NCBI RefSeq assembly: GCF_025526975.1 | Contig: NW_026515674.1 | Location: 248,001 to 312,000, forward strand | Direction of reading: 5' to 3' | Source of the DNA: Fimicolochytrium jonesii | Lineage: Eukaryota | DNA length: 64,000 bases | Part shown: positions 11,741-23,083 of the stretch, piece after piece | Layout: each line of letters starts with the position of its first letter | Position numbering within the stretch: position 1 is the stretch's first letter | The notes under the pieces: model-generated | Database searches by the model: none | What the model was told of the DNA's origin: nothing | The model's input: only the letters and a program-made list of their open reading frames with translations | Position numbers and translations under genes: made by a program

Positions 11741-12169
11741 GGAGTGGTAAAGAGATGAAGAGGGGTCGTATCGGGGGGGATGCCCGCTGGCCGTATGTGC
11801 TTTTTCCCTGGGCATTTGGAGGTGCGAGCGGGGATATGTAGGGTGTTTTGAATCGGCGTATGGAGTTAATGTAGGGCATGTAGAGGAGTGTAGCGTAGCG
11901 CAGAGGAAGGGACGGAGACTGGGGAGCCTTCCGATACTGGAGTGTAGCTTTTTTGATATGTGATTTCATCCTCTGTGAAGTCTCAAGACCCCTGGGGGGT
12001 GCATGTCCGTCGTGCACTCCGGGAGGGAGGCTGCGTGAGTCCGTCGTCTTGATTATTACGCGTTGGGAGTTCTACCTCGCTCGTTTCTCGTTCTTTGCAA
12101 AAGGCACTTCCCAAGATCCCACTTGCAGACAAGAGACAACAACCACCACCGCCAGTCAAGGGTCCCACC

Positions 12170-12968
12170 ATGGCATCAACCTCCCGACGGACACCCAAAC
12201 CAGCCGCAGCAGTCTACGTCCCCCGCCACCGCCGCACCGACCCCTCCACCTCCCAAAGCGCAGACGAAATCCCAAAAGACCAGGTCTGGCATCCCATCCC
12301 CGCATCGTACATTCCCCATCACGCCTCATCTCTAACTTCGCCTGTATATCCACCCAGCCCCCATCACAATCCCACCCGTCAGAAAGCATCCACAGCACCC
12401 ACACATCCCGCTCATCCTCCCCAACCCCGTCAACCCCGTCCCGTACCCGCAAAGGCCGCGGGCAATTCAAATCACCCATCACCGTCCCCGCCGCCGATAC
12501 CACAGCAACACGGAAAAAGGAACCGCCACCACGTGTCTACCCACCCTCGTCATCGACCTCACAGAGGGAATGTAACGGGAAAGGGAGCAGAGGGGGAAGT
12601 GGGCGGGTGTCGCCTGCGGCGAGTGATGGACGGGGGGGCGCGGCGGGGATGTCGAGTAGTGCGAGGGCGGAGGGGGCTGTTGCGCGGAAGGCGAGTGTGG
12701 GGGAGGTGGAGGATGTGGGGAGGGAGTTGGGGAGGCTGGGGTTGGATCCCCATGGGGGCACGGAGGGAGGGGAAGGGAAGCGGGATGAGCAGGAGGATTG
12801 GGAGAGGTTGGATACGGATGAGGAGGAGGATCAGACACCTGCTGCTGAGGTCGCGGCGGCGGCGTCGAGACGAGTGGGGGATTGGGTTGAAGATGGTACG
12901 GGGTTTCACATCGCTGCGCGCAACCTTTTTTTGGTTGTTCACGCCAGAGCCCCATTAACCGGCGGAAC

Positions 12969-13000
<32 letters not shown>

Positions 13001-13860
13001 GTTATTTCGGACCCCCAGCATCAACAACAACCCTCGACATCCACTCCTTCCCACCCGCCTTCCGCACGCACGACCTCGAGCTGATCTTTGAAGACTTCAC
13101 ACACACGCGCGGCGGGTTCCGCATCAAATGGGTCGACGATACCCGGGCACTGGTTGTGTTCAGACATCCGGACACCGCGCGGGCGGCGTATGCCAAGGCG
13201 CTGGGGAATCCTTTTATACGGGTACGCGTGTGTGGAATCCATCGCTCTCCTCCTGTCGGACTAGCGAGAGACGTCTTACAATGCGAAACTATCTGATGTC
13301 GTAGGTGAAACCACATACAGGCGAGATCCCGGATGACGGATACCGTAAGCTCAACTCTCTTCCTACCCCTGGGCTCAATCCCCGTCCCTCGCAACCCAAC
13401 CGCCCTGCTCATCGTTCTCCCCCCCATAACATATTAGGAACCCCGCGGTCCCCGGCCCCCGTCAAATCCGGTACGAGGCACAACATCCCACACCCTCTTG
13501 TTCCTCTCCCGCCCCGGGGCATCCACGGGCCGTAAAACTAATACCTTCCACCCTTCGGTACATTTGTAGACATGGTGGCCCGTCGCCTGGTGGCAGGCGC
13601 GCTCGGCATGCGGTCGGCGAAGAAGACGGCGGAGGAGGTGGAGCGGGATCGGGAGAAGTTGCAGAAGGCTCGAGGTATGTGTGTGTGTTTGTGTGTTTGA
13701 CCGGGGAGGGGAGCGTGAAAACCCGCGCGGACGTGGGGATCCCCACCCATCGTTTTTGCTGATTCATTCCGGGGGGCGTCCTTTTTAAGACAAAATCGCA
13801 TTGGAAAAGAAACAACGCGAAGAAAGGGAACGACGGCTGGCGGCCGCGTGGGACGGGTGA
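12170..13860 (+). CDS. R3HCC1/R3HCC1L-like RRM and coiled-coil protein (multi-exon)
   Basis: N-terminal VYVPRHRR; RRM-like DIHSFPPAFRTHDL...GGFRIKWVDDTRALVVF; VARRLVAGALGMR; C-terminal coiled coil ending AAAWDG-stop. Confidence 0.75.
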
Positions 13861-14419
13861 AATGGCTGTCTGTCTCCTCGCCGTCGGCTGCTGCTTACAA
13901 AAACCCGAACATTCACCACACCCCCCCACACACAACACACCCTCCACCCGATACCAGCCCGCTTTTGCTCAGCTTTTTCCTCACCGCACGGCAAAAGAGG
14001 GGGATACAATACCCCACCCACCGCATTAGATACATAGCCCTATCCTGCGCAACACCCATACCCCCCAATCCCGCCACGAACATGGTCGCACACCCAGAAC
14101 GTAGTCTCTCAAAGCACATTGCGCGTTCGGTAGACAGAAATTAGGGGGTCGAAACACAGAAAACAAAAGTGGGCACGGCCCTTGATCGTCGGGGGCGAGC
14201 TTTTCAGCTCGTTCTGAATAATATACCATTAACCCCCGCCCGCGCTACGTATGTATACCGACGCAAAAACGCCGTCCATCACAGGTTTTCTCGCCGGTCC
14301 GGTTTTCCGTTGTCATTTCAATCTTCTATTCTGGTTGGTGTTTGTTGTCTAGCCTGCATGTTGCGGGGGTCCGAAGGAACGGACCGCGCCCAGGAAACCC
14401 CATACGCCGTGTCACAGTC

Positions 14420-16062
14420 TCACGCGCCTCGGTAATACCTATCACGGGAAAAAAAGCACACAATACACCCAAGACGCGTCAGGCGGCAATATCGCAAGAA
14501 CAAAAAGAAAGGAATCAATGCTGGAAACAACGTACTGCTGCGGCACAAACGGCATCTTCTCGACGACGGCCCTGCGGAACTTGTTGCGGACCTTGACCTG
14601 CAGCTCGGTGCCCGCTTTATGGTGTCCGTTCTTCACGTACGCCATCGCAATGTTCTTCTTGAGGACGGGCGACGGGCAGCCGGAGGTTACTGTGCCTGTG
14701 TCATTGAGGGGGGGGGGGGGGGGGGGGGGGGAAAGTCAAGTCAGTTGCGGATTTGGGGAGCTAAAATGGTGGTGAAAACACACGAACCGATGAGTGTTTT
14801 GCCTTCCTTGTCCCACACCTCGACCCCCTCCCGCGCCGGCGCCCCCTCCACGACCAGCCCGACGCGTCTCCGCGGCACGGCCTTGCCAACCTGCGGCAGG
14901 ATCACGTCGGCGCCCACAAAGCCGCCCTCGGCGCGTCGTCGTTTTCCGATCGTCCACGTCAGCGCGGCCTCGACGGGGGTGGTGGTGTCGTTGAGGTCGT
15001 GGCCGTAGAGACAGAGCCCGGCTTCGAGGCGGAGGGAGTCCCGGGCGCCGAGGCCCGCGAGCTCGACGGAGGGGTGGGAGAGGAAGTGGTGGGAGAGGGT
15101 GGGGGCGTCTTTGTGGGGGACGGAGATCTGGGGGTGCACCATCGGAGGATTAGGTTAGTTGGGATTGCGTAGACCATGGGGGGAGACGACCGGTTGTTTT
15201 TTTCCTTTTCTCACCTCAAACCCATCCTCGCCCGTATATCCACACCTGGAGATATAGACTTCGATCCCCTTGATCTCCATCCTCCGTCCCGTCATGAACC
15301 CGAAATCCTTCAGATCTTTGCCCGTAAACTCCTCCACAACCTTGACAGCCTCGGGCCCTTGCAACGCCACCAGCGACGCGTCCTCCAGCACCTTCACGTC
15401 CACATCACCGCCTTTATTTTGGAAATCTTTCAGATGGGCGCGAATGTGCGCGAGATCCTTGTCGGCGCATCCGGCGTTGGAGACGACGTAGAGGCCGGTG
15501 TCGTCTTGCTTGTTGACGACGGTGTCGTCGATGATGCCGCCCTGGGTGTTGGTGAAGAGGGAGAGGGTGGAGGAGCCGATGGGGAGGGAGGCGATGTCGC
15601 CGACGATGAGGGATTCGATGAATTTGATCCGGTCTTTGCCTTCCCATCTGTTGGAATGTGGGGGATGCGGTTAGAGCAACGGCGATAGCGCAACGCATCG
15701 CGAGGAGGAGGTTTGGCTGCGTGTGCCAAAAGCTCGCTTCGCTCGCAAAGACTGACGCTCGCCGGCGGTCGCTTCTCTTCATGGCCCTACCTAGTCTGCA
15801 ACATATGCGAAACATCAAAGAGCGACGCCTTCTGCCTCGTCCACAGATGGCTCTGAAGCACACCCAATCCCTCATACTGCACGGGCATATCCCATCCGGC
15901 AAACTCGACCATCTTGCCACCGTTCTGCACGTGGAAGTCGTAGAGAGCTGTGCGTTTGTGGGGTCCGGCGGCGGAGGCGGCGGAGGCGAGCGTGCGGGTA
16001 AGGGTGGGTGTGAGGGTGGGGTTGCGGCAGCGCAGGGCTGCTGCTCGGAGGAGGACTGTCAT
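14420..16062 (-). CDS. GCV1: Glycine cleavage system T protein (aminomethyltransferase), mitochondrial
   Basis: Presequence followed by KRTALYDFH...[63 protein letters not shown] and KMPFVP; last exon YYRGA-stop. Confidence 0.97.
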
Positions 16063-16591
16063 GGCGGAGGGGTGTGGTTGAGGGCAGGGGGAAGATCACT
16101 GCGACACCAAGAGAGGACATCGTTAGACTGGGAAGTCGGACACGGGCAGACGACGCCTAGGGGTGAGGACCGACAAGACATACTGTACCTGCTTCTGGGA
16201 GCAGCTGGCGAGAAGGGAAGGGAGAGCGGTCGGTCTTGCTGTGGAGTGTAGTTCCGCCTCGCTCTTGGCCTGCCCTGAGGAGCGCCTTTGGGACGTTTGG
16301 GAGCTGGGGGTCTGGGGGGGGGCAACAAGGTCACGCCCTTCGCACTCACGGTTAGGGTTGGAGTCTCGCAAGTCCGCCGCACGCCCGCTGCTCAGAGAGC
16401 CTCAGACCCACCCCCATACTGTGTGTACAACAACATGGTTATGTAGGCTGGGAGAAGAGAGAGAGCGTCCGGGCTGGTGTACATATACAGTACAATGAGA
16501 GAGGGCCCTGTTCTCTCACGGCCGTCCCGTTGACTTCCATACCGATAAGCAGCACAGTTCGTGCTTTAGTTAGTCCTCCTCACGGCCGGCA

Positions 16592-17908
16592 ATGACAATC
16601 CCCGACTACTCTCCCATCACAGCAATGAGCGAGCCCTCTTCTCCCGCCCTCGCCGCCGCCGTCTTCGACTCTCCCCGCTCTCGCCAGTTCATCACCGTGC
16701 CCTCCGGCCTCCTGGTCGCTTTCGCAGAGGTCGGCGACCCCGCCGGCGTTCCGGTTTTCATGTTGACCGGCCTCTCAGGGGTTCGTCTGTTGGCCCTTTC
16801 CTTCGTTCATCTGTGTCGCGAGACGGGCGTCAGGCTCATTGCCTTTGACGAGCCGGGCGTCGGCCTCAGCGGGGAGCTGGAGGAGGAGGAGCGTGAAGGG
16901 ACCGCTGACGCCCCTGCAAAGACTTTGTTCAAGGATGTTGTTGGTGAGGTCTAGGAAAGCTGGAACAGAAATTTCCAACGTACTGTACGTGGTGCTATTA
17001 TTCACACCCGTTCCCCCCCACCAGAAATCACACTCGCCATCGCTGACCTTCTCAACCTTCCCCGATTCGGCCTCCTGGGCTTCTCCCTCGGAACCGTCTC
17101 CTCACTCACCTTTGCAAAAGACCATGCACATCGCATCATAGGTCCCGTCCAGCTCTTCTCCCCCTACATCCTCCCACCCGCCCCGGGAATCTCTACTCTC
17201 GTGAAAGTAGGCGCCGCGCTCAACGCCTCACTCATCCGCGGCGTCGTCACCGCCGCACTAGGCATCGGCAACGACCCACGCCACTCCATCTGGCGGCGAC
17301 CCATAGTCAGCCTCATCGACCAGATGGGCATCGTCTCGTCCTCCCTGCGGGCCGCCTCGTCATCCTGCCAACCCAGCAGCAAGAAGCCAAAGGAGGACGA
17401 GGACGACGACGACGACAGCAGTGTGGAAGAGCAAAAGATCTGGAAACTCCCCCACGTCGTTGCGCTTTCGCATCGCCAGGAAAAACTCGAAGCGATCTCG
17501 TACGCACTCAGCCGCGACGCGTCCCTCACCCCACTCACAGCCGAGGAAAAAGCGCGTAAGCTCTCCCCGCACGCCGCATGGGCAGACCTCGACGTGTCCG
17601 CCGAACTTGCCGCAGAAAGCTTCCCGCGGCGCCCGTACGCCGGGCGCGGGATGGTCCGCGACCTGCTGATCGGGCTTGGAAAGTTCGGACGGCCGGCGTA
17701 TGACCCCGAGGAGGTGCGGGCGGAGTGTCATATATGGCACGGCACCGCGGATGGGCTGGTCCCGATGGCTGCGGCCCGCGCGCTTGCGGAGCGGTTGCCT
17801 GGTGCGAGACTTACGGAGGTGCGCAAGGGATCGCATGCGGTTATATGTAATCAGAAGGTGGTGAAGATGGCGTTTCGTGAGATTGTCGATGCCGCTGAAG
17901 CCGGCTAG
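16592..17908 (+). CDS. Alpha/beta hydrolase fold protein (one intron, about 16949-17024)
   Basis: VAFAEVGDPAGVPV, RLIAFDEPGVGLS, nucleophile elbow GLLGFSLG, acid IWHGTADGLVP and catalytic His in GSHA. Confidence 0.85.
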
Positions 17909-18550
17909 GACTGGCGAGTCATGGGAGGAAGCCGGGGCGGGGCGTATACTGTAATGGGAGGGCGGGGTCATGGCTAGCCCATGCGTCGCACTTGGAACGT
18001 CTATCTTACTGTATATCGGTAAAGTCGGGCGACGCACATGCACGGACACTAGGCTAGATAGATAGTTTATGTTCCGAGATAGACAAAGCGAGGAGGGACC
18101 GGTCCGCATGATTGGAGCAACCGTATGAATGCATTCTTTAACATGGTGGATAAAGGCTCCAAATGCGTTGTGTTCCACTCGCAGGTTGACGCGCTGTCGA
18201 ATTCTTCTTGATGGATTACATTTCCATACATCGGTTGGAAGGGTGCATATGTTGTAATAGGGGATAATACCAAAGGCGGAGTCCCGAGACACATCCGGGG
18301 AAGATGTCGAATGGGGGCTACGTATTCATGGAGGTGGGAATATTGTGTTGCTGCGTGGATTCCGAAAGTCACGTGATGAGAGCTATTTGTAATCAAAGCC
18401 GCAGAGAGAGAGAGAAGGAGAGGGAGAGACGCGTTGGCGGCTGGCTGGGGGGGGGGGCTGGGGGGGTGGGCGAGAGCGTGGGAACGTGAACGTGGGAGGA
18501 AACCGGGCATAAACGGGCACCCTGGGAAACAACGACATCCCCCCCGACAG

Positions 18551-18586
18551 AACAACAACAACAACGACGACGACGACGACGACGAC
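18551..18586. repeat. Compound microsatellite (AAC)n(GAC)n
   Basis: Directly visible upstream of the glucosyltransferase start codon. Confidence 0.9.
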
Positions 18587-18694
18587 CACGCAAAAGGCCG
18601 CCGTTCACTACTACCCGGTCTCACTGGGGTCGCTCTTCTCTCTGACCCGCTACTACCGAACCCCTCACCAGCCCGCCCCACTGACCCACCCCTC

Positions 18695-20541
18695 ATGGCT
18701 TCCTCAACCCCCGCCGCTTTCTTCGGCCTCGGCTCCGAACAGCTAAAGAACTGGCTCGCCGTGCTTTGTCTTGCCATGTGGGCCCTGCTCATGTTCTTTT
18801 GCGCAACGGGCACTGTCTTGATGTAAGGTTCACATTCCCACATCTTCACAACTAGCTCAGGGTGGTGATCTTCTGCACGCGAGGAGAACGCGAGCGCTAG
18901 CAGCGAAAGCCCAAATGGGGCCTGCTTGAGGGTCGCGAGCGAAGTGAGCGGCCCCGCGGCGCAATGCGAGCCAGGCGAGACGCGTGCGAAGCATGTGAGA
19001 TGCGAGCGAGCGTGGGTGTTGAACTGAAACGAGCGAAGCGAGGTGCAGAGCTCGCGACGAGGAGGCTGGGTTGTTCATGTGCGAAGCTTGCTTCGCTCTA
19101 AGCACTTCGCTCTAAGCAAAAGATCTGACGCTCGCTGAGGCTCGCTAAGAGCCGTGAGTAGGGGAAGCATTGCGCCTTTGGCGCAATGTGAGCGCGACCG
19201 TCACAAAGCATTGAGCGTTCGCTCTGGTCGACATATCGGTCTCCCAGACCGAAGGGTATCGTTCACTCTACCATCCACCCAACCATCGAACACCATCCAT
19301 CGCTTCACTCCGGTTGAGCGTCCACGTTCAACATCCCTGACTGACCACCTTCCGCATCTCTTTTTAGACGAAGCCGGCACGCAAAGAAATCATCATCAAC
19401 GACATCATCACCGTCATCACCATCAGAGCACTCCCCTTTGGCTCCAATACCGACCCCCACCCCGGGCGTAACCATCATCCGCCCCCTCAAAGGCATCGAC
19501 GTCAACCTCGCTGAAAACCTCTCCTCCTCCTTCCGCCAAACCTACCCGCACTTTGAAATCCTCTTCACCGTCGCCGACCCAAAAGACCCCGCGGTAGCAG
19601 TCGTCCACGATCTCATCAAAACCTACCCGAACGTCGACGCCCGCTTGTTAACTGATCCCATAGAAGTCGGTGTTAACCCCAAAATAAACAACATGATTCG
19701 CGCCTACCAGACCGCTAAATACGATATCATCTGGATCATCGACTCTAACGTCTCCGTGCCCCCCGGCTGCCTCTCCCGCTCAGTCGTGGAGATCTCCCGC
19801 CCGGGGATCGGACTAGTCCACCACCTCCCTTGCGGCGTCAGCCCCCAAACCTTCGGATCCCGCCTCGAACAAGCCTTCCTCAACACCGCCCACGCAAAGA
19901 TGTACGCAACAATCAACAAACTCTCGGTAGCGTCCTGCATCATCGGTAAATCCAACATGTTCCGCAAATCCTCCCTCGCGCATCTCGGCGGGCTGGAATA
20001 TTTCGGCAAATTCATGAGCGAGGATAACATCATCGGGGAAGCGATCTGGGCGACGGGCAAACGGCACGCGATGACGACGGACCTCGCGTCCCAGAGCCTT
20101 GGAAGTCTGAGTGTTGCTGATTACCTCGGGAGAAGAGCGCGGTGGATCCGGATCAGGAAATACGTGACGACTGCCGCGACGTTGGTGGAACCTTTCACTG
20201 AATCGATTGTGAACGGTTTGCTCGGGTCGTGGGGGGCGTATCGTCTCTTTGCCGTCCCACCACACCTGTTCCTGCCCTTGCATTTCGCACTATGGATCCT
20301 CTCCGACGTTCTTATCTCAACCACCCTCGACTGCTCAGTCCTCCGGGACCCGGTCAAGTTTATAGCGGCGTGGTGTGTAAGGGAGGTGTTGGCGTTACCG
20401 CTGTGGTGTTATGCGATGGCGGGAAGGACGGTGGCGTGGAGGGGGAAGTGGTATTGGTTGAGGAGTGATGGGACGGTGACGGTCGCAGGGGGGTGGGGTG
20501 GGGGGTTCGGGGAGTGGGTTGGGAGGTTGGTTGGGCGGTGA
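18695..20541 (+). CDS. GCS1: Ceramide glucosyltransferase (GT21, glucosylceramide synthase); intron 18823-19367
   Basis: N-terminal transmembrane exon splices in frame to GVTIIRPLKG, YPHFEILF, GVNPKINN, IIWIIDSNV, IGKSNMFR, SEDN and RRARWIRIRKY. Confidence 0.93.
18870..19335. repeat. Intronic cluster of short GC-rich hairpins (GCGAAGC-type element)
   Basis: Stems at 19081-19096, 19139-19153, 19168-19188, 19213-19224, 19236-19252 and 19313-19332. A 21-mer at 19030-19050 is shared at 20/21 positions with 27562-27582. Confidence 0.7.
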
Positions 20542-21086
20542 GGCTCCCTCTCCCACCTCTGTTGCGACTGGACTTGGACTCATATTGGCGTCTGTGGGCG
20601 GCGCTGCGCGGTGGGACTAGTAGAGGAGAGGGGGGGAAAGAGTACCTATTGACGCCAGTGGGAGGAATCGTGCTGACGATCGAGGGGAAAAAGGGAGAGT
20701 GGGGACCACAGCAGCGGAACGAAACGACCATTACAGGCTCTGGCGATTTGAACCGACCACATGCCCTTACGTCGTGTTGGGACACATGCGTTGGGACCTC
20801 CGCGATAACCTCCGTCACGAACGTCTCTGGCGGGGTCGACGAGCCACCATTGAGCCAATCTTTCGCCCACGCCATCAGTACTCTTACCCAGTGTGCAAAC
20901 CCTCTTCCCGACTCTCTCTCACCACCGCCTTCGTCTTCACCTCGTCTTCACCACCACAACGGCACTGGCCTCTTTCCGCCCACTTGACCCGAAATCCCCC
21001 CGCGGAGAACACCCACCCTGCCCCCCCAAACCAGCGCCCCAACGGACATCACCGGGATTGGACACATATACAGTATATACACTAAA

Positions 21087-21107
21087 CTACTACTACTACT
21101 ACTACTA
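21087..21107. repeat. (TAC)n microsatellite
   Basis: About 7 TAC units visible. Confidence 0.9.
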
Positions 21108-21489
21108 TCTGTACCCCCTAATTACTGTGTTCCCCGGTAAATGGGATCCATAGATGGGACGGGCGTTCGTGGGCGTTCGTTACGAATACATTCGCTTGCG
21201 CTTCAGTTCCCAGAACGACCTGCAGCGTGGAAATCGCGTATGACAAGGGAACCCCGTCGAATGTAACGCGTTCCGAAAGTCAAGGACAAGGCTTCACTCA
21301 ATGGATTCCGTTCAAGGTTGTGCTTACTAAGCTTCTTTTCTTTCACTTGAGCGAGATATAAATACTGTACATACTGTACGCTCAGTTGGCATTTCATTTC
21401 GCAAAGTCGGTTCTTTGCGCACTTCAGCATTTCAAGAGTTATGGAGGACATCTATTTTGCACACTATAATAAAAGCAGATTCCGGTGCT

Positions 21490-22770
21490 TCACCGACGAA
21501 TCGTTTTTCCATGGAAGATTATCTCCTCCACGGAGTCCTCTCCAAAATAAACAGTCGCTCGTTTGAATCCTGAGTGGCAGCATACGATGATGAGATTATC
21601 GTTGGCATCGATGGCGGCGGTCTCGGGGTCAGCGGTTGGCGCCCGAAAATCAATGATTCGCCATTGATTTGGCGTTAGATTGTAGTAGCTGCCGCTTGCT
21701 CGGAAGCGTTTGAGATGGTCTTCAATGTCATCGGTCCTTCCGGTATTGCGCATAAGCTCCACAGCCCAGTTAAGAGATGAGTTGATCCAAAAATCCACGC
21801 GACGGTTTCTCAAAGTCGACCTGTCCATGACTTTCGACACTTCGGCAGCTACTCTCATGCCTGGTGGAAGTGACGTTGAGGCACCTCGCCAGAACTCATG
21901 TTGAAATGTCCATTCCAATGGGAGTAGATGAGTGCCTGCACCATGCGAGCACGGATTCTCTAGCGCTTGCGGATTGAAGGTCTGGAGTACAAGGCGAAGC
22001 CATTTGTCAATATCATTCTCTACGTGTTGTCGAAAATCGGCTTGCGTGATGGACGACGGGTACGCTTCTCGGAACCAGTATCGGCGATGAACGGGAGTGG
22101 CAAATTCGAGAATCCGTCGACTGGGATCGTCCGGGTCGTCAATACTCACAACTACAACCGAGCGGAGAAGGATGCGCTTGGCCCTGTCCTCTGAGAGAGC
22201 ATATCTCCGTGCTCCACAACACGAATCTCCGGTGGCGCTACGACCGGTGTTGTATTTTCCAGCATATTTCTCAAAACATGCTGCACCTCCGGCTGTTGAA
22301 AATGAAGAGCAGCAAAGCCGGCGCGTCGAGCAACTAGCGAATGGAAGATTTGCCCAAAAAGTACCGATTCATGGCAGTCGGAAAGCTCTCTCGCCCGGCG
22401 AGAATGGAATCTTTATGCGAAGCGCCTATAAGCTCTTGCGTAAGCAGGCGCAGTAGACCAACGTGCCCGCCGGTATCGGCTTGAATGATGGACAGCATAT
22501 CTCTCAGCCAGCTCAAGCGCTCGTTATCGAGCACTGCCTCAACTGCCCACTTCATGATGCGGTCGCAGAAATCCTGCTGCTCATCATCTTCGAGTCGAAA
22601 CTCGTCCCAGGATATTCTTCCAGCAATAGCGGGAGTCGCCTCCGTGGAGGCCTCGGGGGCCAAGGACGCGAAGAACACCACACGCGCAGGGGTTCGATCC
22701 ATGCCTTTGGTGAGATCCTCCAGCGGGTTCGAGACGACAGTGTCTTGGGATTCGCCAGGGGACGACCGAA
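21490..22770 (-). pseudogene. Crinkler (CRN)-like NTPase plus restriction-endonuclease-fold gene, truncated and frameshifted
   Basis: C-terminal EWTFQHEFWRG...AEVS...RVDFWINSSLNWAVELMR...DHLKRF...Y...IIDFR resembles the PD-(D/E)xK domain of CRN proteins. The upstream part (RVVFFAS, DTGGHVG) is in a different frame and stops at 22334. No N-terminus found. Confidence 0.65.
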
Positions 22771-23083
22771 CTCAAAGCGAAACACCTCACGTGACAGCAC
22801 GGGCCAAGAAAAATCGTCTCAGGGTGACACACGAGGTACAGTCGCGGTGGTTAGGTAAGCGCCTTTCGGCTCTGCGCCGCGGGTTCAAACGTCGCCATCA
22901 TCCCGCACCTTGTTCTATAGGGAAAGGGTTGGCCGCGTTAGGGCAAGGGTTAGGGCAACCTCTCCTCAGCCATTGAACTCATGAACTACGTTCCTCGTCC
23001 AGAGCATAATCCCACTCCCCAAAGGAGCTACAATCAACCCCCTGGTCCCGCCATCTCGCCTGCATCGGCATTCGGCTCCACAC

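Noticed and set aside
17360..18849. Long antisense or alternative-frame ORFs (e.g. 17360-18292, 18067-18849, and many others overlapping real genes)
   Set aside because: These are shadow ORFs expected in GC-rich sequence; they are low-complexity and have no recognisable motifs.
22937..22957. Telomere-like TTAGGG copies (also near 16352)
   Set aside because: Only 1-2 units, not an array. A telo-box promoter role cannot be supported from this alone.
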